52,788 nucleotides of DNA from Chiloscyllium plagiosum (lineage: Eukaryota): the NCBI RefSeq assembly GCF_004010195.1, contig NC_057755.1, positions 11,370,351 to 11,423,138 on the forward strand. Reading direction: 5' to 3'. Made by a program: the position numbers and the translations under genes. The notes beneath the pieces were generated by a model. It did not search any database, was not told where the DNA came from, and saw nothing but the letters and a program-made list of their open reading frames with translations. Shown here piece after piece: positions 22,760 to 36,830 of this stretch (position 1 is its first letter; the number at the start of each line of letters is the position of its first letter).

Positions 22760-24050
22760 AAAGCTCTGCAAATGTTGTCACCACCTCTCAGATGTTAAGA
22801 AGGATGCCACTGCAGGATGGTCAGGACTGTGTTTCCCCTTCGCTTTTACTGATACTGAGGCCGCTGTTGGATGGTCTGCATGTTTCTTTCCTTTAAGACC
22901 TCAGAGCAGTTTGATACAATTGAGTGTCTTGTTTGACCATTTCTGAGCCCATTGAAGAATGCATAATATTTCTGTCTGTCTGGAGTCAGTTTTAGGCCAG
23001 ACCAGGAAAGCATGGAAGATTTCCTTCCTGGAAGTACTTTGGTCAAGCAAATTGGTGTTTACAACCAACACTGGCTGCAAGGTCACTATTGCTAACACCA
23101 GATTTTGAATATCGATACTTTATTAATTGATTTTCATTTCCAGCATCTACTGGAGAATTAGCCTGGTGTCAATTAGTAATCCAGAGACATTTCCACAAGC
23201 ACCATCTCCAAATGGGGACCTACTGGAACCTACACTGAGCAGGTTATTTCTGTGCTGCTTGACAGCTCTGTCAAAAAGAACTTCCACCGATTTGACTATC
23301 TCGAGGGGCTGAAGTGGTGTCAATTATTCAGTTTGTAATTATTCTCCTCTTAGTGGACTGGACGTATTTGAGTAAGTTTCACATTGCCAGGTTGATGTCA
23401 GAGTTGGAGCTGGAATGAAACAGCTTCTCCAGGGACACGGGTTGTTGTGCAGCACAAGTCTTCAGTCCCATTGCAGGAAGGTTGTCAGGGCCCATTGCCT
23501 TTGTCGTATCTCCTGTTTGTGGTGTCATGTGCAGAGAATCGAATTAGTGAGTGGCATCTGTGAGTCAGTGGGCATCATGATGAGAGTGAATTGGATCACC
23601 AACACAGCACATCTGGGTGAGGATGGTGCAGAAACTGCAACCTCGTCTTTTACATCGATGTGCAGGGCTATTCCATTATTTAGGATGGGGATATTTATGG
23701 AGACCATTTTGCCATTGAATTGTTTAATAGTCATTCAACATTTATTATTTCATATGGCCAAAGTGCAGAGGTTAGATATGATCAGTTTGTCTTCGAATCA
23801 TTTCGTTCTCTCTGAGATGTTATTCCTGCTGATTGTAGTACAAGCAATAAAATGCAGTAGCTTTAACACATTGTCATCATGTTTACGTACACATGGTACT
23901 GACCCTGGAATGTTCACCAGTACTCATCATTGAACGATAGAGCACCCTGATGCTGATGGTAGACTGAGGGATTTTCATGGGCCAAAAGTTCATTTTATGG
24001 TTGAATTCAGTTCTGCCTCTGCTGCAGTTTACAGCACTACATCAATGTAA
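22760..24050 (-). mobile_element. Old L2/CR1-group LINE fragment with SINE-like segment
   Basis: Decayed VSINIPILNNGIALHI..KDEVAVSAPS.P.C stretch; recognised only weakly. Confidence 0.4.
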
Positions 24051-24164
24051 GGGATTCACTATTCAAGGAAGTTAAAAGAGCTAGATCATTTAAAGTATTT
24101 AAAGAGGTTTTTTGATGTGGAAATGATTTGAGGTCTGCAAATAATTATTCATGGAAGAGGCGTG

Positions 24165-25610
24165 CGAGTCATAGAATCTTATAGTAATACACTGTGGAAA
24201 CAAGCCCTTCAACCCATGTCGAACAGTTTTCTTAAAATGAACTAGTGCCATGTGCCTGTGTTTGATCTATATCTCTCTAAACTATTCCTATCCATGTACC
24301 TGTCAAAATGTCATTTAAATGCTGTAATTGTAATTGCTTCTACCACTTCCTTAAACTGCACACAATACATCAGATATGATCTCAGTAATGTTCCAATGAT
24401 TACATCTGATAAACCTTGCCAAAAAAAAGACATCATTCCATATCACTTCCTGGCTATTTGCTGCAGATGCAAACTAACTTTAGGTGAACTGCGTGCCAGA
24501 ATACACATATCCCTCCTGTACCGAGTTCTGCAATATCTCTCTATGTTACTGTTACTTTCTCATTCAATAAAAGCACAAACATTCCAGAACCCACGTTACA
24601 CTCTATCTGATAAAGGTTTGCTCAACACCTTTCCATGCCTATGGCACATTGCAGATTTACAACCTCTGCTTGGCAATTTTTGAATGCCTGTCTTGATATA
24701 TAAGCTAAATGATTTCCAATCAATTCAGCTCTTCCAAATCATTTGCATTGATTTTAATCATTGATGCACTCACATTAATCCCAGAGGCACTCCACTGGTT
24801 ATAGCTTTGCAAACTGAAAATAAACATTGATCTCCCTCTGTTTTCCCTCTTGGCTAACTAAGGCCTCCAATGTCCCTATATAGAAGCCAATAAAGGTTGA
24901 ATGGTTTCATCCTGTGCTGTGTAATGTCCACTACTGGCTGAATGACTTCATTCTATTCCTGTGGAACTCCGTCACAGGACAGAATAGTTTTCCCCTTCTG
25001 ATTGTAAGAACCTGAATGGCTGAATCGGATCTTCCTCCACCGTTGTAACTGCATCAAAAATTTGAATAGAGAACAACACAAGTTGGGAACATTGGTAGAT
25101 CATTCAGTCCCTCATTCACAATGCTCGTGGTTGACCTAATTGTGGCTGAACAGGACTTTCCTGTTTACTCCAAATAATCTTTGACTCACCTGTCTGTCAA
25201 AAATCAGTCGAGCTCAGGCTTGAATATCTTTAGCAATCAGTCTTCACTGTTCCCTGGAAACAAAAACACCACAAACAGCACAATTCCAAGGAGAATGAGA
25301 CATTTTTATATCAAATTTATTAAGCATTATCTTTAACTTTTAAAGTGTGGCAAATTCATGACAATCCACTAACTCTTTTGAAACAGTAGGACATAAGAAT
25401 TAGGAACAGACAAAGACCATTCAGTCCCTCAAACATGTCCCACAACGACTGTCCCTACACTGGATTGTTGGAACACATTTCAAGTTAACACCTTAAGAGC
25501 ATTGAAAATTGGATCAGAATTCAGTCATTTGGCCCACCAAGTCTGCTCTGATGATCGATAATGGCTGAAATGTTTCTCACTCCCAATTCTCCTGCCTTCT
25601 CCCTATAGAA
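24165..25610 (-). mobile_element. Stack of decayed CR1 fragments and 3' ends, with CR1-tail-derived tandem repeat at about 24880-25070
   Basis: Repeated CCATTCAGTCCCTC / TCATTTGGCCCAC tails at about 25100, 25420 and 25525. Confidence 0.55.
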
Positions 25611-25614
25611 CGTG

Positions 25615-25870
25615 ATGTGTGTAAAAATCAGCGACTTGTCAAATTCTGTACTAAAGATCCTACAGTCTCGTTATGGCAGTTTATGTGTGTGCACGTGTTG
25701 TGTTTATGGTTATGTGTATGTGTGTCTATATCTGTGCTTGTGTTTTTGCCTGTGTCCTTGCATATGTCTTTGAATGCCTCTAGGTGCATGTCTGTCTATC
25801 TGTCTGTATGTAATATGTTTAAGTGTATTAATCTATGTATCTTTGTGTCTGCATCGCTGCACAGTTAGAT
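25615..25870. repeat. Decayed (TG)n/(TGTC)n simple repeat
   Basis: TG-rich low-complexity sequence. Confidence 0.7.
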
Positions 25871-25944
25871 CTGTGTTGTTTTTGACCGAATCCGTTGAGA
25901 TGGGGATAAATCTGTCTGTCCATTTTGTGTTGAAGTAATGGTAT

Positions 25945-25963
25945 GTCACCCTCTGCTGGCAGC
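25945..25963 (-). promoter_or_regulatory. CTCF-like binding motif
   Basis: Minus strand GCTGCCAGCAGAGGGTGAC resembles the CCA(G/C)(C/T)AG(A/G)GGGC consensus; it lies in a short non-repeat island. Confidence 0.35.
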
Positions 25964-26129
25964 TCCGCACCACTACCGACGCCACGGGTTTTTAATATAA
26001 AAATCGCAAGTTACAGGTCAATCTCTTCACCTGAAGTTGGAGCAGCACTCAGAAAACTTATGATTTCAAACAAACCTATTGGACTATAACCTGGAGTTGT
26101 GTGGCAACACCAACACCTCTACGTACTGT

Positions 26130-29035
26130 CGTTGAGCCCTACAGTGCAGAAGACCCTTGCCACAAAACTGGTCCATGCTGATCAAAATGTGCATCCATGC
26201 TAACCCCATTTCCCCGCATTTTGTCCATATCCTTCTAAACCTTTCCTATCCACGTATTCATCAAAATGCCTTTTTATTAGGAGAAAGTGAAGACTGCACA
26301 TGCTGTAGGTTATAATCGAAAAGTGTGGTGCTGAAAAAATAAGCTGGTCAGGCAACATCCAAGGAGCAGGAGAGTTGACGTTTCAAGCATGAACTCTTCA
26401 TCAGGAATTATGGGGTATCCAAGGGGGCTGACAGCTAAATGGGTGGATGGTGGGGCTGGGGGAAGGCAGCTGGGAAATAGGTGGAAGATGAGAGGTGATG
26501 GTGGTAGGTCAGGGAGAAGAGTAGAACGGATAGGTGGGGAGGTAGATGGACAGGTAGGACAGTTCAAGAGGGTGGTGCCAAATTAGATGGTTGGATCTGG
26601 GATAAGGTGGGGAGAGTGGAAATGAAGAAACTGGCGAAATCGACATTGATGCCGTGTGGTTTGAGGGGCCCAAGGCTGAAAATGAGTCTTTCTTCCTCCA
26701 GTTGTTGGGTGGTCAGTGTTGGCAAGTTAAATTCTTCAGCCACAGAGCAGTGGCATTATTTAGCGCGTGGCCTAGAGCTGGTCTCTGAAGCATTCCGCAA
26801 GTTGGCATCCTATCTCCCCAACTTAGAGGAGACCACATCAAGAGCAATGGACACAGTTGATGACATGTGTGCAACTATAGGTAAATCTCTGTCAGACTGT
26901 GGTGAGTAGGTGTGGGCGCAGGTTTTGCACTTCTTGCGGTGGCAGGGGAAAGCGCCGGCAGTGAATGGTGGGTTGGTGGGGTGGGGTGGGGGGGGGGGGG
27001 GGGGGGTTGTGGATTAACGCAGGAGTCATGGAGGGAATGGTCTCTGTTGAACTCAGATGAGGTGGTGAGGGACATATGTCTCTGGTCGTAGGGTCTGTTT
27101 GGAGGTGACGGAAATGGCGGAGGATTCTTCCCCACCATTTATCTCTCAGCCCCCTTTGGCCATTCCTCTCATTCCTGATGAAGAGCTTATACTTGAAATG
27201 TCTCCGAATCCTCGGATGCTGCCTGACCAGCTGTGCTATTCCATCACCACACTTTTCGACAAATGCCTTTTAAGTGTTGTTAACGTACCCACCTCAACCA
27301 CTTTGGCTGGCAGCTCATTCCACATGCGTGTGCACAAAACGTTTGTCTCAGGTTCCTTTCATTCTTTCCCTTCTAATCTTAAATGGATGCCCTCTAGCCC
27401 TTGATTCTCCAACTGTGTGAAAACGACTGAGTGTTGTCACCCAATGCATGCCTTTCTTGATGTTATATATTACTACAAGGGATTCCCCCCTCCATCTCCT
27501 ACACCCTAAAGAAAACAAATCCTAAGTTGTCCAATCTCTTGCTGTAACTCAGGCTGTTGGGTCCAGACAACGTCCTTGTAAATTTAATTTCACTCTTTCC
27601 AATTTAATAACGTCCTTCCTATAGCACGGTGACGAAAAAATAAATACAATACTGCAACTGGGCCTCACTAATGTGTTGTGCGACTACAACATAACTTCCC
27701 CACTTCTATGCTCAGTGCGCTGACTGATGAAGGCCAGTGTGTCAAAAACCTTCTTCACTGCCCTGTCTACCTGTGAGACCAATTTCAGAGAACTTTGCAT
27801 CTGAACTACAAGGTCTCTTGCTTCACTACACTCCTTGAAGCCCTACGATTCACCAAGAAACATCTGCCTTGATTTGACACTCCAAAATATAAGATATCAC
27901 AATTATCACACTTGCCATTTCTTGGCCGACTTCTCCAGCTGATGAAGGTACTGCTGAAATTTCTGGTAACCTTTATCATTATCCAGAGTATATCCAATTT
28001 TAGTGTCATCTGCAAGATTACTAATCATGCCATGTACATTCTCATCCAAATCATGCATTTAAATAACAAACAGCAATGGGCGCAGCACCTACCCATCTAC
28101 TAATCACAGACCACCAGTCCAAAAATTATTCTTTCACTATTACCCTCTGCTTCCTATCTTCAAGTCAATTCTATGTCTAATTTGAGAGCTCCTCCTGAAT
28201 TCCATATGACCCAACCTTCCAAAGCAGCCTACAATCTGGAACCGTATCAAAGGCCTTACTGAAATTTGTATAGATGATGTCTACCGCTCTGCCCTTATCA
28301 ACCTTCCTTGTCACTTCACCAAAAAAATCTAACAAATTTGTAAGGCATGATCTCCCACACACAAAGCCATGTTGACTAGTCCTAATGAAACACTCTCTTT
28401 ACAAATGTATGTATATCTTTTCTCTAAGAGTCCTCTCAAGTATCTAACCTACCACAGATGTTAAACATACTGATCTATGATTCCCAGGTTTTTCTCTGGG
28501 GCGCTTCCTGAATAAGAGCACATTTGTTACGCTACAGTCTTCTGAGAAATCGCCCGTGGCCATTGATGATGCAAAAATATCCAACCACGTCCCCCTCAAT
28601 GTCTTGTCTAGCCACTTGCAGTGTTGTTAGATATTTCTGTTCAGGACCAGGAGATTAATCCACCTTCATATATTCTAATACATATGAAACCTCCTCTACT
28701 GTATATGGGCTGTCTCCAAGACATGACCACCAACTTCCCAAGGTTCCAAAGTCTTTCTTCACAGTAAGCACAGAAGAGATATATTCATTGTGGATTTCGC
28801 CCACATCCAGCAGTTCTCCACATACGTGTCCGCTTTGGTCCTTGAGCGGTCCTAGTCTCTTTCTGTTTATTTATTTCCTTTAATATACTTTGAGAACTTC
28901 TACAGATTCACCCTAATCTTCACAGCCAAGGCTATCTCCTGCTCCTTTTCGCCCTCCTGATTTCCTTCTTCAGTAACTTTCTGTACCCCCATATACCCTG
29001 AGGAACACCCTTGATCCCAGCTCCTTATAGGTGAG
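26130..29035 (-). mobile_element. CR1 LINE ORF2 (RT to 3' end) interrupted by a PLE
   Basis: GRSCLTNLLDFFGEVTRKVDKGRAVDIIYTNFSKAFDTVP (ORF 28177..28362); 3' tail near 26130. Confidence 0.85.
26279..27260 (-). mobile_element. Neptune-type PLE insertion with inverted terminal repeat and 11-bp TSD
   Basis: GGAGAAAGTGAAGACTGCA terminus; GIY-YIG remnant; inverted pLTR at about 27130-27260; AAATGCCTTTT at 26264-26274 and 27261-27271. Confidence 0.8.
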
Positions 29036-29094
29036 ATATATCTCCCACTTTTCTGTTGAAAGCCTCCATCCATCTCAAATGTAAATGCTTTCAT

Positions 29095-29930
29095 TGATCT
29101 AGGCTCCACAACTCCCTGGGGTTAGAGATTTCCAGGTATTCACTATGTTTTGGGAGAAGAAATTTCTTTTCATCTCGGTTTTAATTGACGTCACTTTTTC
29201 CATATCTATGACTCCGCTCAGGATTGGAAGCATTTTCTCAATATCTATCTTGTCAATCCCTCTCTGTATCTTGTAGTATTCAGTAATATCACTCATCACA
29301 CATTTCAACTACACTGAATAAATGGCTAACTACTTTAGGCATTCTTGATAAATCAACACTTTCTTCCCAGGAATCAGCTTCAGACATCAGCCTAGATACT
29401 TGCTGCACCAGCAGGCTAACTTTGTGTTTTATACTCAGGACCTTCCTAATCGCTAAGTACTGCTCTTTTGTCAGTGCTCCACGTTAAATAACAGCCTGCT
29501 TGTGGTTCTTAGTGCCAAATTGGATGATATCAAACTTCCTTACAATAATATCCATTTGCAAGTGGCGACACTTCGTGTTTAAAATGTAAAACAACACTTT
29601 TCACAGTATTTAGGTAACCGTGAGAATAAACACAAACCTAAAATCGCACTGACATTTTCTATATCACCTTTCAGAATCTTTGCTTCCACATTATACCATG
29701 CACTTACACCAATCTTTGTATCATTTGCAATCTCCTTTATATGGAACTCAGCTCCCTAAATTGTAAATAACTTATGCCATAGGACTGATATTCTAGCAGA
29801 TACACCATTTTAACCTGATAAAGACCCATTAATCCCGACTCTCATTCTTCTGTATGTTAACCATTCTTTATTCCATGCGAATACGTTGTTTGTCATAAGG
29901 TGAGTTCCGTTTGTGTGTAATAAAATTTTC
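29095..29930 (-). mobile_element. Old CR1 fragments
   Basis: KRNFFSQNIVNTWKSL (ORF 29099..29308). Confidence 0.6.
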
Positions 29931-29934
29931 GCAG

Positions 29935-30935
29935 GGTTTGTGAAGGTTTGTAGCTCAGGTTGAGGTTTAGGGTGTAGGTTTGCTCACTGAGCTGTAGGTT
30001 TGATATCCAGACGTTTCATTACCTGGCTCGGTAACATCATCAGTGGCGACCTCCAAGTGAAGCGAAGCTGTTGTCTCCTGCTTTCTATTTATATGTTTGT
30101 CCTGGATGGGGTTCCTGGGGTTTGTGGTGATGTCATTTCCTGTTCGTTTTTGAGGGGTTGATAGATGGCATCTAGATCTATGTGTTTGTTTAAGACATTG
30201 TGGTTGGAGTGCCAGGCCTCTAGGAATTCTCTGGCATGTCTTTGCTTAGCCTGTCCCAGGATAGATGTGTTGTCCCAGTCGAAATGGTGTTTTTTTTCAT
30301 CCGTGTCTAGGGCTTACAAGGGAGAGAGGGTCGTGTCTTTTTGTGGCTAGCTGGTGTTCATGTATACTGCTGGCTAACTTTCTTCCTGTTTGTCCTACGT
30401 AGTGTTTGTGGCAGTCCTTGCATGGAATTTTGTAGATGACGTTGGTTTTGTCCATGGGTTGCACTGGGTCTTTTAAGTTTGTTAGTTTTTGTTTGAGAGT
30501 GTTGGTGCTACTAGAATTCCGAGGGGTCTCAGTAGTCTGGCTGTCATTTCTGAAACTTCTTTGATATATGGTAAGGTGGTTAGGGTTTCTGGCTGTGTTT
30601 TGTCTGCTTGTCGTGGTTTGTTCTTGAGGAATCTGCGCAGTGTTTTTTGAGTATCCCTTCTTCTTGAATACGTCATATAGGTGGTTCTCCTCGGTTTTTC
30701 GAAGTTCGTCTGTGCTGCAGTGTGTAGTGGCTCATAGTGTTCTGATACAGCTTCGTTTGTGTGTGTTGGGATGGTTGCTGGTGTAGTTGAGTATTTGGTC
30801 AGTGTTTGTCAGTTTTCTGTATATGCAGGTTTATAATTCTCCCTTGTTTTTTCCTTCTACTTATCATATATCAAAGAAGTTTCAGAAATGACAACCAGAA
30901 TACTGAGACCCCTCGAAATCCTAGTAACAACAACC
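29935..30935 (-). mobile_element. Poseidon-type Penelope element, 3' part, with short inverted piece at about 30850-30935
   Basis: TLTTLPYIKEVSEMTARLLRPLGI; GIY-YIG region homologous to the 20130 copy. Confidence 0.88.
30007..30046 (-). ncRNA. Minimal type I hammerhead ribozyme
   Basis: Minus strand reads CCA-CUGAUGA-U-GUUACC gagcca GGUAAU-GAAA-CG-UC^UGG; fully paired helices (one G-U). Confidence 0.78.
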
Positions 30936-31409
30936 AAACTTCCCCTGATCTATTTTCAGATCCCACTTACGACAAGGTCTGCATTTTAGATCTTTGGTTC
31001 TTTTCAATCATTCCAGGGGAGCTTCCTCACATGCTGAACACATGGTCAGCTGAGAGTGACACCATTCTCGTAGATTCTATTCTACTGGGAAGCCTCTGAA
31101 ATGACCTATTTTCTCCTTCATCGAGATTTTAGTACCACCTCACGCTTGTGGTCCTGCCCTTTAGTTGTAACTGACCCATCTCCTGCGCTTCTGCCTATAC
31201 CCCTTCCCCTACTTCTGAGAGCAATAGCACAGATTTCCTTGTCCTTACATTTCAGTGTGTTAGTCTCCGTTTTCAAATAACCATCTACTTCCAGCACCTC
31301 CAGTGGCACAATACAATCAACCTGATCATCCCCTCCTGTCCGCTGTCAGCAATTTACAGGGAACGTTCTTTCTGTGATACCCTCCATCACCCAATCACTT
31401 ACCCAGGGA

Positions 31410-32665
31410 GTAGATTGCCGAGACTTTGGCTTTGATGTTTTTGTCATCATTGACTACGGGAAACATGCCTGAAGACTGGAAGATAGTAAATGTTGTCCCC
31501 TTGTAGAAGAATGGGAGTTGAGACAGCCCTGGTAATTATGGACCAGTATCACTTAGACTCTAAGCGTTAGCTCTTTTCTCTCCAGAGATGTTGCCAGACC
31601 TGCTGAGATCTTCCAGCATTTTCTCTTTTCCTTTCAGATTCCAGCATCGGCAGTAATTTTCTTTTATCCAATGTTCATCCTGTAGTTCAGTTAATCGTGG
31701 TGTATCACGAGGATCTGTTTTGGATACACAGGTGTTTGTCATTTATACAAATTACCCAGATGAAGGCACAGAAGGGTGAGTTAGTAAATTTTTGGATGAC
31801 ACTAAGGTCGGTGGAGTTGTGAATATTGATATTGTAGGTTACAGAGGGACATAGACCAATAGCAGAGCTGGGCTGAGATTAAGCAAATTGAGTTTAATGC
31901 GGAAAAGTTGTATTCACTTCGGAAGAAGTAACAGGAATGCAGAATAGTGGGCTATTGGTAAGATTCTTGGTAGCATAAATGAACTGAAGTATCTCATTGT
32001 CGATGGACATAGACCCTGAAAGTTGCCAACCAGGTTGATACGGTGTTGAGAAGGTGTGTTAGATTTTATTAGTAGAGGGATCGAGTTTCAGAGCCATGAG
32101 GTCATGCGACAGCTATACAACTTTTTGGTGCGACCACACTTTGAGTATTGCATACAGTTCTGTTCACCGCATTATTGGTTTAGAAGCTTTGGAAAGGGTT
32201 GAGAGGAAATTTACTCCTATGTTGCCTGGTATGGAGGGAATGTCTTAAGAGGAAAGGCTGAGGACTTGAGGCTGTTTTCGATAGAGAGAAGAAGGTTGAG
32301 ATGTGACATAAATGGGAACTATAAGATAATCAGAGGGTTAGATAGAGTGGGCAGTGAGAGTCTTTTTCCTCGGATGGTGATGGCTAGCACGAGGTGATGT
32401 AACTTTAAATTTGGGTTGATAGATACAAGACAGATGTCTGAGAAAGTTCTTTTCTTGCTTAGAGAGCAGTAGGGGCATGGAACAGCCTCCCTGTGGAAGT
32501 AGTAGACTCGACAAATTTAAAGGAATTTAAATGGTCATTGGATAGACATATGGATGAAAATGGAATAGTGTAGGATAGATGCGCTTCAGATTGGTTTCAC
32601 AGTTGGAGCAACATCAAAGGCTGAAGGGCATGTACGGTGCTATAATGTTCTGTGTTCTATGTTAT
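31410..32665 (+). mobile_element. CR1 LINE RT to 3' end (PLE terminal repeat fragment inserted at about 31555-31670)
   Basis: EDWKIVNVVPL, SKFLDDTK, LVRPHFEYCIQF and the TGTTCTGTGTTCTATG tail. Confidence 0.8.
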
Positions 32666-32709
32666 AACTACCCTGCCAGGAAGGGAACTCTAGACCTCCA
32701 ACAGGCTCT

Positions 32710-33500
32710 GGCAGGTTGAAGGGCAGAGGTGCGGGATGTGGATGAGATGCGTTGGAGGGAATCTTCAACCACATGAGAATGGAAATTGTGATCTCTAAAG
32801 AAGGAGGCCATCTGGTGTGTTCTGTGGTGGAACTTGTCCCCCTTGGAGCAGATACGTCGGAGGTGGAGCAATTGGGAATACGGGATGGCATTTTTGCACG
32901 AGGTTGGGTGGGAAGAGGTATAATCCAGGTAGCTGTGGGAGTCAGTGGGTTTGTAAAAAATGTCAGTGCCAAGTCGGTCTTCATTAATGGATGTGGAGTG
33001 GTCCAGGAAGGGGACGGAAGTGTCAGAGATGGTCCAGGTGAATTTAAGGTGGGGGTGGAATGTGTTGGTGAAGTTGATGAACTGCTCAACCTCTTCGCGT
33101 GAGCATGAGGTGGCGCTGATGCAGTTGTCAATGTAGTGGAGGAAGAGATGTGGAGCATCGCTGATGTAACTACAGAAGATGGACTGTTCTATGTTGCTGA
33201 CAAAGAGACAGCCATAACTGGGGCCCATACGGGTGCCCGTGGCTACCCCTTTGGTCTGGAGGAAGTGGGAAGATTCGAAGAGAAATTGTTAAGGGTGAGG
33301 ACCAGTTCAACAAACGAATGAGAGTGGCAGTGGAAGGGTACTGTTGGGGACGTCAGGAGACGACAAAATGGAGGCCTTGGCTGCCCTGGACATGGTGGAT
33401 GCAGGTGTAGAGGGATTGGGTGTCCATGGTGAAGGTGAGGCGTTGGGGGCTGGGGAAATGGAAGTCTTGTAGGAGGTGGAGGGCGCGGGTGGTGTCTTGA
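32710..33500 (-). mobile_element. Neptune-type PLE reverse transcriptase fragment
   Basis: GVATGTRMGPSYGCLFV...LFLHYIDN (YIDD mutated)...FYKPTDSHSYLDYTSSHP...LRRICS. Confidence 0.92.
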
Positions 33501-34039
33501 TGGTTAATATTTATCAGTCTTACATTCTATCTGCCTTTGATCTTACCATCTGACTATACTATTAATACCTTCGTCACTGCCAGCCACCCAGCCACTGTTT
33601 ATGTCAAACAAAGTCTTATTTACCACACCACCCCATAACCCCCTTCACATTCACATCTCCATTATTAATGGATATCACAAATGATAGTGGACAGCACTAA
33701 ACCAAACTGAAAAAAATCCCGAAGCGGAAGAACTGGCCACTGCCCTTTCATTGATTTTTAAAAAAATAAAAACCTGAAAGTCTTTTCCCTAATTGTTACT
33801 CTAGGCAGTATCTGTTAGCCATAATCAAAGTGGCCTAATCACAGATAAATCGGAACTTTTGCCTTTTTTCAACCCCTTTTGGAAAAAACCAAGGACCTCA
33901 TAACATTGTTAAAGGAGCAGCATTATTACACTATACATTGCCTGCTGGTTGTTGCATCTGAACGTTAGAGTTTTATTGGGGTGTACCCATAACGCACAAT
34001 CCTCACATTCGCCTGCGTCCGGTGGGCCAAATCATATGT

Positions 34040-34735
34040 ATCATCCTCCGTCATTTCCGCCAGCTCCAAACAGACCCCACCACCAGGGATATATTTCCCT
34101 CCCCACCCCTATCAGCGTTCCAGAGAGAACATTCCCTTGGCGACTCCCTCGTCAGGTCCACACCACCCACCAACCCAACCTGCACTCCCGGCACCTTCCC
34201 CTGAAACTGCAAGAAGTGCAAAACTTGCGCCCAAACCTCCCCCCCACCTCACTCCAAGGTCCCAATGGATCCTTCCATATCCATCGAAAATTCACCTGTA
34301 CCTCCACACACATCATTTACTATATCTGCTGCACACGATGTGGTCTCCTCTACATTGGGAAGACAGGTCGCCTACTTGCGGAATGTTTTATGGAACACCT
34401 CTAGGACACCCGCACCAACCAACCCCACTGCCCCGTGGCTGAACACTTTAACTCCCCTTCCCACTCTGCCAATCTTCTTCCCGACCTCTCCGCCCCCACC
34501 CCTTCTCCAGCCTATCACCCTCGCCCTCACCTCCTTCCACCTATCATATTCCCAGCGCCCCTCCCCCAAATCCCCTCCCCCCTACCTTTTATCTCAGCCC
34601 GTTTGGCACACCAGCCTCATTCCTGAAGAAGGGCTTATTCTCCTGCTACTCGGATGCTGCCTGGCCTGATTTGTTTTTCCAGCACCACATTTTTCAACTC
34701 TGGTCTCTAGCATCTTCAGTCCTCACTTCCTCCTG
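34040..34735 (+). mobile_element. Neptune-type PLE 3' fragment with Zn-finger linker and GIY-YIG
   Basis: CKKCKTC; FTCTSTHIIYYICCTRCGLLYIGKTGR; ends with CCTCACTTCCTCC. Confidence 0.9.
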
Positions 34736-35430
34736 GGTACATATATTATGGTCCGTTTGGTTTGTCTTGTGTGTTGTTTTCGGTGATGATGATGATTCCA
34801 ATGAAGTAGATCTCTATTATTTCCTTGTGGTCATAGTTGTCTTGGGAGAGATCACGGTTGTTTGTGTTGTTATCCTTGTCTAATGTCTGAATAATTTAGA
34901 ACATGTGTAATGCATGTCCCCTAATCATCCCCAATTTTTAAATTTAATTCTGGAATGTTAATTCGGGTTTAGAAGTCTGGTGGGTTTCAACTTCTATTTC
35001 TAGCGGTAGGGGTTTGTAGTTGTAAATAGCCTGACCGTGGAGTAGTTACAAAATTTATGATCCACGAATTAAATGTGAAGACGAAGTTAAGATTGTGCTT
35101 GTGGCTATGGGCAGAATCTGATATGGGGATTATATCCAGTGAATGACACTATGAAAAGTGAAGAATTGTAACCAGGTTAATCCATCAGCGTGCACAGGAT
35201 TAAGAGTTGGTCCCACTGGGACTACCGAGATGTGTGAAAGCGCATATGAGTTCGGACCATCAGAAACAGTGACACCTCATTCTGGGTGGCTATCAGGAGC
35301 TGTTTCATCATCTGTATTAATGAGTTGGTGCATTCGTTTAAATAGGCTCCCAACAGAGACTCATCTGTTTTTGGGTCCTTGGCAATATTGTATCCTCCTG
35401 GTTTCCTGTGTCGTTGTTCTGTTGCTCCCT

Positions 35431-36830
35431 CTATCTCACCCCATGGCTGTGTAAGGTGGAACTGAGGCCCATTGCTGAGTTCCCCTCACTTCCTTCATTT
35501 CTCCACACTGGACCCTGTTTGAAGGTTCGGAAAAGAAGCATTTTCCCTTCTTTCTCAGTTTTACTTTCGCTCGGTTCATCCCACAACTGGGATACTCTCC
35601 TCAGAACCCGTACCTCATTGTGGATTGGCTCTGTGGAATCGAAGTTCACATACATCTTCCAGGGAAACCAAGATCCTATCCCACTTAGCTGAGTCCGCCT
35701 TAAACAACTGACCCCTGTTTAAGTATCCGTTTACTCACGAAAAGTGCACCCTTAAACGTCTGAAAGTAGCATTCGGGTGTTTCCCCTTTTTCTACCTTCT
35801 TGTTTAACCCATCTATGGGGTTTCCTTCATTGTACCCAATTGCCATTAGAATCACTTTGTTCATATTGGCAAGGGATCTTTCACGTACATTTAGCTGGGT
35901 TGGGATTGCAGACTGCAGTAACTGGCTCAGACACATTATGATAAGTCTTACCTCCTCTTGTTCACCTAAGCCATGATATCTTACCCTTTCAAAGAATACA
36001 AATGGATCAGCCAAAGGCTCAAAATCTGGAACCTTTTTAGCGATTTCTGATAATTGTGCCACTGTGAATGGACTTGTGTAGGTTATTGCTGGGACAGTGG
36101 CATCTGTCTTTCAGTGGTAATTAGATTCATTGCGACAGGAAGCGTCTTCAGGGGTGCCGAAGTAGTTGACTCCTTTGGGAAGGGTCACCCCAATCCTCCC
36201 TGCACATGGCGTCCTGCTGCGTGTCTTCCCTGAGCTCATCCCACTGTACCTCCCGTCCTTCTCCCTTTTTAACTTCTCCATTTGCGTACATTATTGAGAG
36301 TGGGGCTTTTAATTTCTCAATCTCCTGCAGCCACTTAGTGTGGTCTGTGGCTGCCTGTTTCTTCTCCCTATCTGCCTGATGCATTACCTTTTCTGCTGCT
36401 TGTAAATCTGCACCTTTACTTCTTAACTGCCTCACTTCACTCTCAGCAGTCTCTTTACCTGACACTGTGCGCTGGGTGTCCTGGTAAGGTTTCTCACACT
36501 GGGTTTGGAATTGCCCCATATGCAGGTTTGCCTGATTTCTTTGGTCCTGAGTTGCGTTTTTCAGTTGCAACTCAGTTATTTCTTTCTTTGCGTCCTCTAA
36601 TTCTTTATGGACCATTTTCAATTTCTGCTCTGTCCCAACAATTGTAGCACATCATTGCTATGACCTTTAAGTTTGGAAGCCTGCTTCCCTTGAATTTTTC
36701 TGAAATCCTCCCAATAGTTTTGTCCGAGGAATCCTGGACCCTTTTCATCATTACAGCAAAAGTTTGCACATATGGGCCACTTTTTTTACCCCATGGGACA
36801 GTCTTCTACTCTGACACCTTTATCTGCCAT
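35431..36830 (-). pseudogene. Frameshifted gag-like ORF of an LTR retroelement
   Basis: ATG at 36830; coiled-coil segment (36148..36621); capsid-like PFTVAQLSEIAKKVPDFEPLADPFVFF...GETPECY (35700..36062); lies downstream of the PBS at 37462. Confidence 0.65.

Noticed and set aside
23415..24683. 172-aa and 143-aa plus-strand ORFs
   Set aside because: Antisense to decayed LINE fragments, with no domain signature.
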